From positions 56,916,001 through 56,980,000 of the forward strand of contig NC_088801.1 of assembly GCF_011386835.1 (NCBI RefSeq): a DNA stretch of 64,000 nucleotides. The letters run 5' to 3'. Made by a program: the position numbers and the translations under genes. Shown piece by piece: positions 36,403 to 49,800 of the stretch. The DNA is from Chrysemys picta bellii. Its lineage: Eukaryota. Position 1 is the first letter of the stretch. Every line of letters begins with the position of its first letter. The notes under the pieces are model-generated. The model was not told the DNA's origin. It made no database searches and saw nothing but the letters and a program-made list of their open reading frames with translations.

Positions 36403-38348
36403 CTATCCTAGGATTGCCAGTTTTTCCTTACCATACATCCTGATGGCCCCTCCCTTCAGAACGAACATGAACTTTGAATGACTGTTCCCCAGAACTCAGC
36501 GCCGTCACATCATCCACCTACGTGTACCTTAGTTTAATTAAACTGTCTGACAGGAAAATATTCCATTGAGTCACAATCTCCTGGATGATAGCCATCAGAT
36601 TGCTCAGCTAAGCAGAAATATGGATGAACCTATATTATATATATAAATATATATACATACAAACACATTATATATATATATATAAAAAGACAGGATTTAT
36701 AAATATGGATGTTCTTCCAAAGAAAATACATTGCATTGCAAGCTATGATCTCAGTCCGATTCATACAGCACATGAAACTGCAAACAGTAGTAGCATTCTA
36801 TTTAAATCCTGTTCTCCTGACATTTTGTGATAGGATCAGACTGACTTTGTTCAATAAACAAGAAGAAAGTCATTCAGCTATAAGAATATAGGAATTGCCA
36901 CACTAACCAAACCATTGGTCATTCCAGTTTGCCATCCTACCTCCAGCAGTAGCCAATACCTGATGCCAAACTGCCTCGACCAGGCCCTTTGCTAGATCAA
37001 GAGGGAGGTGAGCAGAAATATCTAACTCTCTTTCATGATCATCTACATGCAGGTAAGGGGGAAAAGGAAGCCACTAGCACGGACAACTGCCACCCAGAGT
37101 TGCCTTTTTCCCCCATTATCAGAGCAGAGGGAAGAAAGCACCAAAAGCAAAGTTTAAGCTTATATACTACAGCAAATTAATTTAAGATTTACTGTCCACG
37201 ACCATTTGCACCAGAAACCTTATAATAGAGCTAAGTTCAGCATCAATTAGAGAACAGAAATAAGAGCTTGTGATTTGTGACCAATCACAGCAAAGCAAGG
37301 TAACTCAGATTTTGACTGAGAATTGAATACCAAGCCACAGAGTAAAGAAAGCGTGTGAAAAATTAATCAAACACTAAATTTGGATAAATAATTATGTGCT
37401 CAGGAATATTCCACAAACAAGAAGAGAAGTGCATTTTATGAATAAATTATTGTCCCAGATCTAGTACCTGACATGCCATTGGCTTCCAGGTCAAGTGGAT
37501 GGGATAATGTTTCTAATCATCCTCATTGGTAGCGACTGGAGAACCAAAAATATTATTTGAAATCCACACATTCCTCCAGATTCCTAAGTTGAGCTGTTCT
37601 AGCACCAGGTTTTTCTGTTTAAAAAGTGTCCATAATAAATCAACTGACCATTTTCTGTGGCCCTCTCTCTGCCTTACTGACTTAAACGGCTGTTTTCCAC
37701 TTAACTCTTTACAAGGGAGGTTCGAGAGTGAGTGAGTGTCCGTACACATACACAATAGTGACAGGTATAAGATGGAGCTAAGGGGGAAATTTTCAAAATT
37801 AAGTGAGTTAGGAACCTAAGTCCCATTGACTTTCAATAGGACTATTGGCCTTCTATGAATTTAGGTGCTCTTGAAAATGGAATGTAGGCTCCTAAGTCAC
37901 TCAAGTGCTTTTGAAAAATTTACCCATAGCTACATCTGGCTAGAGCCTGACATTAAAAATTAGCTACCTATGGGCTTGTGTGACAACTGAAGTCTGTGGA
38001 TGCCAATGCTCCAAACCAGATTAACTGGGAAAGCAAGACAAGTTTTCTAATGATATGGAGGAAGGTGATGCTACGGTGTGTAAGAAATTTAAATAAAATG
38101 TGCTGAAATGGTTTAAGGTTACCACTGAGTCCTATCGAATGAAGTATAGAAATCTTAAAATATTTGACAATATCACTCATGTGCATAAAATGTGTAATGT
38201 TATGAGAAAATGGAAATGGGGGCGTGGACTGAAGGTGATTATTTAAAACTATTTGCTCTGATATCCATAACAATTGTTCCTGGGCTAATTATAGAGGAGG
38301 TAAAGGCAGCCATCTTGACGTCTGATTGATGGCATATACCACATTGGT

Positions 38349-39005
38349 ATGTGCCAGCAATGCCCCTCTGCCATGTACATTGGCCAAACCGGACAGTCTC
38401 TACGTAAAAGAATAAATGGACACAAATCAGACGTCAAGAATTATAACATTCAAAATGTTCTCCAGTTGGAGAACACTTCAATCTCCCTGGTCACTCGATT
38501 ACAGACCTAAAAGTCACAATATTACAACAAAAAAACCTTCAAAAACAGACTCCAACAAGAGACTGCTGAATTGAAATTAATTTGCAAATTGGACACCATT
38601 AAATTAGGCTTGAATAAAGACTGGGAATGGATGGGTCATTACACAAAGTAAAACTATTTCCCCATGTTTATTTTTCCCCCCTGTGGTTCCTCACACCTTC
38701 TTGTCAACTGCTGGAAATGGGCCATTTTGATTACCACTTTAAAAAAAAAAAAAAAATTCTCTCCTGCTGGTAATAGCTCACCTTAACTGATCACTCTCGT
38801 TATAGTGTGTATGGTAACACCCATTGTTTCATGTTTTCTGTGTATATCTATATCTTCCTACTGTATTTTCCACTGCATGCATCCGATGAAGTGGGTTTTA
38901 GCCCACAAAAGCTTATGATCAAATAAATTTGTTAGTCTCTAAGGTGCCACAAGTACGTCTCATTCTCTTTGCAGATACAGACTAACCCGGCTGCTACTCT
39001 GATAC
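38349..39005 (+). mobile_element. Penelope-like element 3' fragment (GIY-YIG end plus terminal repeat), second PLE family
   Basis: MCQQCPSAMYIGQTGQSLRKRINGHKSD, GEHFNLPGHS, RETAELKLICKLDTIKLGLNKD; ends ...GATACAGACTAACCCGGCTGCTACTCTGATAC. Confidence 0.93.
38879..38918 (+). ncRNA. Degenerate minimal type-I hammerhead ribozyme in the PLE terminus
   Basis: GCAT + CCGATGA + A + GTGGG-ttttag-CCCAC + AAAA (GAAA expected) + GCTT^ATGA. Helix I is GCAT/ATG, 3 bp. Confidence 0.65.
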
Positions 39006-39556
39006 CCCTCTAATATGGTTGCACCAAGATAAAGGGAGTAATTCTAGATTACTACACTGGAGTCTGGCACTGCAGGAACACAAAGATATAATCCATTTCA
39101 CGGGGACAGAAAATGTAGTGCCAGATACCTTAGCAAGACTGAGGGGGGTTTCTGAGGTGTATTTAGAAGCATCAGTGACAACCCATCCACATCAGTTTTG
39201 TGTTGGAGGTATGATGCTGGCAGACCTGGTGCCAGCTCATGCCAAGGCCTCACTGCACACTGACGAATGCATAGCTGGAAACCAGTCTGGCTCACCTGTG
39301 GGTTAGTATAGTTAAAATAGAGGTTAGTGTTATTCAACTTTATGGAATGCTTGTAGATTGCTGCATGTATTAATCCTACTTATAAATTTCTGTATCCCAT
39401 GTTAAGGCTGTATAGTACCCAAGTTTACACTTGTTATTGGGTTGGTGAAAGCTAACTATAGAACTCACAGCTAATTTGGGATTTGTGCCCTGTTTTCTTA
39501 ACAATCTGCCCTGAGGTTGACATTCTCGCTCATGAGCCACTCCAGACAGTGTGATA
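39006..39556 (+). mobile_element. Gmr1-type Gypsy 3' end: RNase H C-terminus plus 3' LTR (39212-39556)
   Basis: PLIWLHQDKGSNSRLLHWSLALQE..IIHFTGTENVVPDTLAR is followed by an LTR-like TGATGCTGGCAGACC...CCAGACAGTGTGATA, with no integrase between RNase H and the LTR. Confidence 0.78.
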
Positions 39557-40908
39557 CTTCTGTTAAGTGATGGTGTAAATAACTCTTCCTCATTCACATT
39601 TTCCACACTATTCATGTTTTATGGACCTCTGTCATATCCCTCCTTAGTCATCTCTTTTCCAAGCTGCGTAGTTCATCTTTTTCATCTCACTTCAGATTAA
39701 AGCGGTTTAATATTCCTAATCATTTTTGTTGCCCTTCTCTGTACCTTTTCCATTTCTAATATATGTTTTTGAGATGGAGTGACCAGAACTGTATGCAGTA
39801 TTCAAGGTGTGGGTGCACCATGGATTTATAGAGAGGCAATATTATATTTTCTGTCTTATTATCTATCCCTTTCCTAATGGTTCCTAACATTCTGTTCACC
39901 TTTTTTTTTATTTGTTTGTGGTTTTTTTTTTGACTGCCACTGTACATTGAGTGGATGTTTTCAGAGAACTATCCACAATGACTCCAAGATCTCTTTCTTG
40001 AATGGTAACAGATAATTTAGACCCCATCATTCTGAATGTATAAATGGGATTATGTTTTCCAATGTGCATTACTTTGCATTGATCAACATTGAATTTCATC
40101 TTCCCTTTTGTTGCCCAGTCACCCAGTTTTGTGAGATTCCTTTGTACTCTTCACAATCTGCTTTGGACTCAACTACCTTGAGTAATTTTGTATAATCTGC
40201 AAACTTTTCCATCAGTTTACCTTTTTCCAGCTCATTTATGAATATGCTGAAAAGCACTGGTCCCAGTACAGATCCCAGGGAGACCCTACAATTTACCTCT
40301 CTCCATTCTGAGAACTGACCATTTATTCCTTCCCTTTGTTTCCTGTCTTTTAACCAGTTGCTGATACAGGAGAGGACCTTCCTTCATATCCCATGACAGC
40401 TTACTTTGCTTGAGATCCTTTAGTGAGGGGCTTTCTGAAAGTCCAAATACACTGTATCTACTGGATCCCTCTTGTCCACATGTTTTTTGACTTGCTCCTC
40501 AAAGAATTCTAATAGATTGGTGAGGCATGATTTCCCTTTACAAAAACCATGTTGACTCTTTCCCAACAAATAGTGTTCATCTATGTGTCTGATAATGCTG
40601 TTCTTTACTCTAGTTTCAACAATTTGCCTCATATTGAAGTTAGGCTTACCAACCTCTAATGGCCAGGATAACCTCTGGAACCTGTTTTAAAAATTAGCAC
40701 CCCATTAGCTATCCTCCAATCATCTGGTACAGAGACTGATTTAAGTGATAGGTTACATACCACAGTTAGTAGTTCTGCAATTTCATATTTTAGTTCCTTC
40801 AGAATTCTTGGGTGAATATCATCTAGTCCTGGTGACTTATCACTGTTTAATTTATTTGTTTGTTCCAAAATTTCCTCTATTTATACCTCAATCTGAGACA
40901 GTTCCTCA
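39557..40908 (-). mobile_element. CR1 LINE RT fragment, degenerate
   Basis: Minus-strand KSPGLDDIHPRILKELK, QHGFCKGKSCLTNLLEFF, MKFNVDQCKVMHIGK, YKSMVHPHLEYCIQFWS. The 3' end is cut at the LTR. Confidence 0.95.
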
Positions 40909-42674
40909 CAGCTACACAAGATTATTGTTACTTACAGGATGCAATAAGACTTACAAAAATGAGCTCTCAGGTTTTTCTGAGTTACACTCTGAGTAAACCC
41001 ATCAGAGGTTCCTGCAATATTTAAGCTCATATTGCTAGTGCAGCTTTTAATATATACAGATAACCCCCTCTTTTGGTACTTATATATGCTCTTTCTGATC
41101 CATTTTGACCTTATTTCACATATTTCAATATCTGTGTTCCATCTATGCCCTCGCTGGTTTGCTGAAACTTTTGTGTTTCAAATTTAAAAAAAAATAAAAA
41201 CATAAAAAAGAGCAGTTTTTGTTACCGAAAAAAGACAACCACAGTAACTTAAAATAAATTGCATTGTGAAATATTAGCACAATTGTTTTCACCTGTGTGT
41301 TGATTTAGTACAGGGACACGGGATGGAGAGGGAGAAGGAAAGTTACTGTCGCCCCACAAAAGGATGCTTTCCATTTAACATGGTGAATAAAAATAATAAT
41401 CAATCACTTCTAATAAATTCAAACCACATTCACGTTTGGCAGCTGCTCTATTGTGCCAAGAATGTATCCAATACCCCCTTTATTTATGATGAAACAAAAA
41501 TGACATAACACTTTGTCATGAAAGAATGCCGCTAAATGATGCTTTTTTAATGATATACGCTGTTGTTCTTGAACCAGCTCTTCACTGATTTAGGTTTATC
41601 ATCCTACACACAGGCTGCAGAAGTTGATGTAAAATGCAGCTGTGGTCAATGACCACGTGATTAAAGTCTGACGCTTGCTCATAGTTACACTGGAAAGACA
41701 GGGAGGGAGCCGATGCTTTCAACAAGTGCTTATTGTCTCCCCTCCACCCCCATCTTTTGCAATTTCATTGAAGTGCTGCCATACTAAAATCAGAAGTTTA
41801 CAGTCTGCTTAGCTGCAACTGGGAGAAAACCCCATGTATGATTGGAATCTGAACTCTATTGGACTTAACTAGATTGGGAGCAGCAATCGAGCTGCTGCCT
41901 TCTACTGAAGATTTGGAACAATGGGAAAACCAGTGTTCTGCTGCCCTTTCAACAACGGAGTCTAAACACATCTTTAGTGTCTGGTGATTGCAATAGTTTC
42001 ACCTCGACTCTAGAGGGACCTGAGCTAATTTTAGGAGTTTGGGATAATATGGCAATTCCCAGACTTGATTTGAGCTTCTCAGGTAACATACATTTTCCTT
42101 ACTCGTATTTATTATTTACAGTTGGATTTCCTATCAGCACCATTTCTATACAGTGTTGCACCCAGCATAGAAAACGGCATGTTCAACAACAAGGGAAACA
42201 CTGTTTGTTGCGACTCTCAGACCTTGCATGGAATATTTCAGTTTTGCAACGTTTTACATCACTGCAATTCTTTCCCCTGATTGATTTTTTTTTAAAACAC
42301 TATGAATCCTGCTCCTTATTCAATATGATTTTGGTACCTAGGGAATGAAGGATCAAGTCCTTTGAGTTTAATATCTACAGAACATCGAGAAGAAGGAAAT
42401 TGATACCTTGGGCAACTTTAAGACACCATTGGCTTCATCCCAGCCGCACCCAATCCACCTATTAGTCCCAGTGTCTGATTAACAGGCCACATTCAATCCT
42501 GGTGTAACTCCATTGAGTTAGGACCAGGGATTCATTTGGCCCATCATGCTTGATAGCATCCTTTGAATCTTAAACTTTGGGAGAGGGCAAGACCAGGATG
42601 TAAAAGTTTGTCCACAGTTCTCCTGAAGATTTGACTTCAAAGGAAAATCATCATTTGAGTTCAGATGATTAGGA

Positions 42675-42880
42675 GAGCCAAAAGGCATTGTTTTAGTTTT
42701 TGCTACATTTAAAACCAGTTTGTTTTCCTGGAACCAGTCTGTCAAAGTCTTTTTGCAGTTCAGTCGTTATGTGAGAAACAGATTTGCCATTAAAATGCAC
42801 AGTCGTGCCATCTGCATACAAATGTATAGAACAGTAATGACATCTCTATGCAAAATCATTAATAAAAAGAGAAAACAGGA
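42675..42880 (-). mobile_element. Ancient non-LTR (L2/Crack-like) RT remnant
   Basis: Minus-strand FSLFINDFA...IHLYADGTTV...LQKDFD / DWFQENKLVLNVAKTKTMPFGS, matching the FINDL, YADD and W..NKL.LN..KTK motifs. Confidence 0.75.
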
Positions 42881-44743
42881 ATGACTGACACCAATCTACT
42901 AGGGGGGAGGGAGACGAAGAGACATTGGCACCTTTGACTGACAAAGGGGGGGAAAGAGACAGCCCTGCAAAGAGAAACAGATTGATGCCTCGTTGAGTGA
43001 TTCTTTGTCTTCGTGACAGTATATGGGCTGAGGCACAGGCCACCTACTTTCGTTAGCAAACGCCTACAGTGCTTTTGGCCAAAAACTTAAGTGAAGTCAG
43101 TGAAAATTGCTTCTATTAATTCTCATGTATTGAGTGCACATGCAGCTCATTCACCTCTTCTCGCAGAGATAGTTGGGGAACGACCTCGTTAGAATCCCAG
43201 TCACTTATGGGCTAGCCACCAAAGCAGAAACTAGAAGTCTGCAGCATCATTTTCAGTGGTTAAAGAATCCTGCATTCACTTGCTTATCTAAAAGACCTGA
43301 GCCTCTTGACTGCTGCACTGGGCTGGAAAGATCACAAGAGCAGATTTTTAAAGATGTTTTTCAATGCTTCCTACTTAGGGTCAAGTACTGGATGGGCAAC
43401 CAATGCAGCTTCTCTCACGCGATCTCAGTACTTTCTCTCCCGGCAGAGGAGGGTAAAATTGAAGAATAAGGTGCAAAAAAGAGGGGGGAGGGAGTGGAAC
43501 TAACTTGAACTTTGAGAAAGTTCTGGTTCAGATCAGAGTTTTTATCTAAACAGGTTCCCTACCACCACCCAATCCCCCCCAAAGTAGGTCACACTTGAGG
43601 ACACAGAATTACTGCTCTGCTGACTGGGCTGCAGGAGGTGATAAAAGAAGGATGCAGAGAAATATTTTCCTTGCCAGAAATGAGGGTGAATTCTCATCTG
43701 AAACCAATGGGCAAATCCTGCACCCCCATTAGGCCATAACCCATAAATGCCCACACTGAGGCACAACCTGCTGGAGTCAGCAGAACTGCTATGTTTCTAC
43801 TATGCAGGGTAGAGGGAGATGATACAGAGATATCTGTGGTCCCTGTATGATATGAAACTGATTCACAGCACTCCAACTACAGCAGTGCAGAGAAATATTT
43901 GGGGGGCACTGTGCACGCCAAGGAAGGGGAGGGGGCATGGCTGGTAGAGCCACAGCACATGGAACCACTGAAGTTACGCTCCTTAACATTACAGGGTGTG
44001 GTCATCCTGGGACCCAAGTCCTGTAACATGAGAAGTCAGACAATGGTGGGAAAGCACTTACGTTGTGGCTGAAGAGATCTACTCTGTGCTAGCTAAATGA
44101 ACACACAACAACGTAGCAATCAGAGGAAAGTATAGTTCTGGTTCATCTCAAATGAGAGTGCAAAGGTCATGAAGGGAAATGTGGGGTCTCAGCCGCTCTT
44201 TTTCTTTGTGGGACTAAATGGTCTGTGGTTCAAATTCAGGCCACTTCTTCCTCATGTGCATAAGTGAGGAAAAGAGCAGCAACCAACAGTGATAGGTGGG
44301 GTGGTCCCCCCTTCTGCCTCTCTCAGAACCCATCCAGTTAACGCCCTGCAGATTCTCTGTAGCTAGAGCCACAGAACGGGCCCTCCAGGGAAGGGCCTGA
44401 TGTGTACATTCCTGGACCCAGCTACATCTTATCAGGGGCAGATTATTCCTGCCTCTCCAGTAGTATGATGTGTAGGATGGTTGGGTACTGTTGGATATGG
44501 GCTCATAAAAGCATTACCTTGGCAGCATTAACTGGGCCTTCATTATATAGGAAATAGAGTCAGCTTCAGAGCTTTTTCCCTACGAGTTTTCAATTTTTCA
44601 CTGAAAAGTCAAAATTTTCTGCAGGGACAACCTTCCCAGCTTGCTCTACAATGCGGCTGTTAGGGATGCTGCTCAGACAAGGTCTTTTACAATGGAAAAT
44701 GTTACACATCCTAAAATGGGGCTCACTAACAGTCCCTCTAGAA

Positions 44744-44914
44744 CAGTGGTCTCCAAAGTGGGGTGCATGCACCCCAGGGGTGCGCAAGAGGATCCCACGG
44801 CAGGAGGAGCGTTCCCCCCCCCCAGCAAAAATGGTAGAGCCGGTGCGGCAGGGGGTGCATACTCAATTTTTTTACTGATAGGGGTGCACGATCAAAAAAG
44901 TTTGGAGACCACTG
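44744..44914. mobile_element. hAT-Charlie-type MITE, 171 bp
   Basis: Perfect 14-bp TIR CAGTGGTCTCCAAA / TTTGGAGACCACTG. Perfect 8-bp TSD CTCTAGAA (44736-43 and 44915-22), fitting the Charlie NTCTAGAN target. Confidence 0.96.
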
Positions 44915-46619
44915 CTCTAGAAGATGAGTTAAAGTAACAATCGGCAGCCTTTTGGCTGTAATATGTATATTCATCTCTGACCATTCACAGGAATATCACC
45001 AAAGGCTGGTAAGCCTAAAAAACCTACCCATGCAGATCTGGGTTGGTTGAGGGGTGGATGTGTGTAGGTCACATCATCTCCCCTCACTCCCTTCTGCTCT
45101 ATTATTGTGATGAGCTAGCGGGATATTGAAGTTTACAGGAATCCTACACATGGGGAAAGCACTCTTGTATATTCCCAAACCCTGCCTGATCATCAACAAA
45201 GAACGGATGAGTGGATCAGAAAGAAGAGACTATGTGCATGCATATTTATGATTTCGAAACACCTACCAGTGCCCTGGACTTCTTGTCTGTCACCCAGGTG
45301 AGTATGCTCAGCTGCAGCCCTCAAAAAATACCCTGGTGGCTTCAGTTTTGGCTACGTTATGCTCAACAAGTCTCCCATGAACTTTGTTTACTTGTCATCT
45401 TGTAAACGTGGCACATCTTATTCTCCACTATCAACAAAGTGCTCCACCCTTTATTTTTGTCCAAGTGCTCATGTTTGATTGTAACCCACAGTCATGGGTC
45501 ACGGCTCAGGTCTTTTGCCGTTTCTAATAACATATGCTGAAAATGCAAAAGCATCAAAACAATGAAAGCCATAAGAACATCTTTACAAGGTATTTGCTAG
45601 CACTCGCCCCATGGACTTTATTATTTGAGTAGAAACATTGTAATTGTGGTGGAATTTTAGATTACAGTTTTACATGGACTTCCTAAAGTTAACCTCTACC
45701 ATTATGCTCCTAAATTTGGACCAATTCATTGTGCCACTTGGAGGAAAGCCATTAATTCTGCACTTGCAACTTTAGTCATATAAAAAGAACTTTTTTTTAT
45801 TATTCTTGTTTCATAAAAGTGTTGTGCTATTTATAGAAAGATGAGAAAGTAAAATATGCCTCCTTTTAAATCTGGCTTTTACTGCACCCTATAATTTATG
45901 GCAATATAATAAGTAATTTGAAAATAAAGATTTGAGACAACATTTCAGCATTAGTGTTTTTAAGACAAAACAAACAGTCAAAATAAAACCTAAACCACAG
46001 CAATGAAATCTATCATTAAATGCCTACTTTCTGCTAAATTTATAGTTCTGGCAGCTTAAATCTCAAACATTTCTGTTGTGACCTCTTGCAAAATAAAAAT
46101 AATTGTATTATTCATTGTGGCTCAAGACCAATATAGGGTCTTGTTTCATCCTAGCATGAACCTTCATACAATCATATTGTGTAGCCATTTAAATTTTATT
46201 AATTACTTTTGTTGATTCCAGATGACTGATGTTTTTAGTAGAAAAATCTATAGTATATTGTATACGCTACAGTATGTTCAGAATGGCATATGCAGGGTAC
46301 TCTAGATGTGACCTGTTTAATCAATGCCTATCAAAGTTCAGTAGAATTAATTTCACTCTATGTTAATATATCAGATATAAAACCTTCTTAGTGTTCATGG
46401 AATAAATCAGATACAGAACCTTTTTCCTGTTCATTGTGTGCAAGCTGCTGACATTTTATGGTGCCAGAATGCAGTAAATAATACATGTCAGGCAGTTCAA
46501 CTGAGTCCATTAACTCTGTCAGACCTCTTTTTTACCATGATGCCTTCTAGCATAGCACATGTTGCTGCTTATCCTACAGACCTCTTTCCGTGAGGAGGAA
46601 ACATCACTTTTCCTGGGTG

Positions 46620-46850
46620 ACCACATGGTATGGAGGTCGGAGCATGGGACTGGGAGTCAGACAGTCCCAAATTCTAATTTGGCTCCTCCACAGACTCAGT
46701 GTGTGGCCTTGGGTGTGTCTCTTCACATCTCAGTCTGCCAACTTGGGGTTAAAAATGCTTGGTTATTTGCAGCGCTGTTGAGAGGATGAATGTTTGTATC
46801 ATACTTTGATCTTGTAAAATGGGATTATCAAAAGTGCTCAGTGTTGTCTT
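46620..46850 (+). mobile_element. MIR-type SINE, tRNA-like head
   Basis: GGAGCATGGGACTGGGAGTCAGACAGTCCCAAATTCTAAT...GTGTGTGGCCTTGGG. Confidence 0.7.
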
Positions 46851-49800
46851 AATTTTGCTTTTGCTAAATCAATGGCCCTATTGACTTCACTGGGAGCAGA
46901 GTCGGGCAAGCAGCAATTTACAAGTGAGATTTTATCTGGGGTAAGTATTGAGTTTATGGGATGTGCTGTACTACCAAGATCCATCCTAGAACCTTACTCA
47001 TGCCAATACGAATAATACCGGGGAAAGTATGGGAATGGGAGAGCTGTGGAATTTTTCTGCATTCTAGGGTTTCATCCATTATCTGATATAATGGACAGTG
47101 AAATTGAACATTTAGCAAAGCTATAGAGATTGCACCTCTCTCTGGCTCCCCAGCCTGCATTACAGTTTCAGATGTAGAAATGAGGGGTGGAATGTGGGAT
47201 CCTTTTGTTAACTGGTCCACAAATGCACTGAACCATCACATTAGTTCATACATTACAAGAAAAGGAATTAACATTTTTGGAAAGGGAGAAGAAATGTTTT
47301 TCATTAAATTTCATAACTGCTGTGCTGCTCATGCTTTTTGAATTCCAGCCTCAGAAACATCTGGTGCTATTTCCATGATTGAGATGATCCACCAAGGACC
47401 TGTAATTCCAAGTGCAGGGCCAAATTCGGTCTTTGGATGTGCATAGACTATTCCCATTAACTTCAACGTGCATCCCAAGGCAGGATTTATCTCAGAGTTA
47501 ACTAATTTTATAGCAGTAAATAAAGTTGTCTTCAGAACAATAAGCCTGATATGAAGTATACCTACATTTTGGAGGGCATTTGGAATCTGACCTAGGATCC
47601 AGATCCAAATTTTGCTACCAGTCCTCATTTTTATAATGGACCAAACCAAAACTCTGTCCCCAAACTTTGAAGACTTATGGCCAAGCACCTAAATCAGGAC
47701 CTAATTATTCAAGGCACTGAGCACCCAGCAGTTTCTGCTGAACTTGGAGTTGCTATATGCTCAGGATGTTTGAAAATCAGGCCACTGATTTAGGCAGTTA
47801 CATATGGGTTTACAGGCCTAACATTAGTCTCCAACGTTTGAGAATTTTGGCCTAAATCTGGATCCAGATCTCAATGATCACTTGAAACAATCTCCATCAG
47901 TACGATTCTCAAATATATTCTCAGCAATGTAAAAATAAAGGTCAAAATTCTGCCCTTGTTATGCCTGTGCAAATCCATTGACTTCAGTGAGGTTTGGCAG
48001 GTATAAACGAGGACAGAATTTAGTTCCCTCTCCCTGGTTCCTGAATTAACAGCCCCAAAGGCTTTGTTTTACAGCAAGGAAAGCACTGAGAATCAGAAAG
48101 CAAAATCTTTAATTTTTGTTCTCTTTTCAACCCTTATGTAAACCAACTAAATAAATAATAAGCTGAAACTTTAGTAATTAATAATTGATCTTTAGTGTGG
48201 CTTTTTGTGCCTTACTACAAAATATTTGTACCCACTTGTAGTATTTTTGTTGTATTTTTAAATACCTTTTTAACCTTGAGACCACTGGCTTTGTGCCTGG
48301 AGTAATTGTTTTCTGGTGACAATTTTTCCATAACATTTAACTTAATCTGAATTTATGGAGATGGTTTAAAGGGGGAGGGGCGGATGAACTTTCCATTTTT
48401 AATGGTAATTGACAGCTACACGCAAGCTACATTGTACAGTGAAACCCAAATGCTTGAGTGCTTGTCCTTTTGCTTGATAATTAAGCAATAGTTTATGATT
48501 AGTTCTTATACAATGAAGATATGAACCATGGATGTTGCAGTTTGTGAAAGATGATTTTGGTAAACACTAATGGCCCATGATACGTTTCTCGTTAGCCCCT
48601 CGAGAAGCTAACATCTTTTTCTAGGGCCAATGATAGCTTTTAGCTTGTCCTCCAAAAACTGAAAGCTCTTGTACTATATTTCACCTGGAAGAGCTGGGTT
48701 CAGACATGAGTTGGCAACCCTAGTCAGTGCAAAAAATTAAGTTGCGTACAGAGTGGGGTGAATTATGGAGGTCATGGACTCAAGACAAATCTTACTCTTT
48801 GTGCCAAACCTCTGAAAATGGGCTTCACAGGGGAAGTTCAGCTAGGCTGGCTCTGGAATCTCCCCCTGCAGGCTGCCGAATGGCACGAGGCTTGCTTTGC
48901 AGTTTTTAGTACAGCCCCAGCTGCAATGGATTTAGCTGCTGCATTGCTGTCCTCCCCTTGTTGGGAGTCGGTATTTAAAGAGACACAAGGCTTTAGGGCA
49001 AGCATTTGATTTTCTATTAAACATTTTAACTGTTTTTCAAAAACCGTGGAATTTTCCATGTGGAATTTCCCCCCAAAACCAATTATGAAAATCCCTGCAT
49101 TTTTCTCCTAAAAACAAAAGCAACGAGTAACCAATATATGTTAAAATGGAAAAATAAAAAAGGTTTTACTTTTGATTCAGGCCTTAAATTATTAATCTGA
49201 GCAACAGAAGGAAAGATACTAGAAAATGTACTGTAGGGAAAAGCCCTGCAAAACTAATCTAACAGGTTATTTCAATCTCTTAATTGTGCGATTCTGTTGA
49301 TTTGTTTTTATTTATGAGCTAGACGGCATCCCTTGAATCAAAACAATGCAAGTCTAAATATTCCACATCCCTGGAAATGGTGAAAGTTGTATTCCTTAAG
49401 TAACAGCGAATATTTTAATTAGAGATGAATCTAAACACCTCTCCGATGTTGGGAAAGTTTGGATCAGGTTCCCAATTTTGCATCTTCTCTCTATTTCTAT
49501 AACATGCTGAATAAACCCCCAAAGTCTGAACTTTGGCTATATATCCCCCAAATTCCTGGATATTCCCAAACTTTGCAACTCAAGTACATCTCTAATTTTA
49601 AATGAACCTTAGATAGGGAAACTAAGGCACAGAGAAGCTAAGTGACTTCCCTACGTTCACACAGCAAGTCAATCACAGAGCTATGTCTCCTGACTCTCCG
49701 GCCAGTACCCTACCCCCACTTGACCATGCTGCCCTTCCAAGATTTAAAAGCAAAAGGCTTGCTTTTAAAGACAAAGCAGCTGACACTCTAGCAAGTATCC

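Noticed and set aside
45139-45297. 159-nt plus-strand AG...GTGAGT segment open in one frame
   Set aside because: Weak acceptor with no polypyrimidine tract and a nearby AG; unrecognised peptide.
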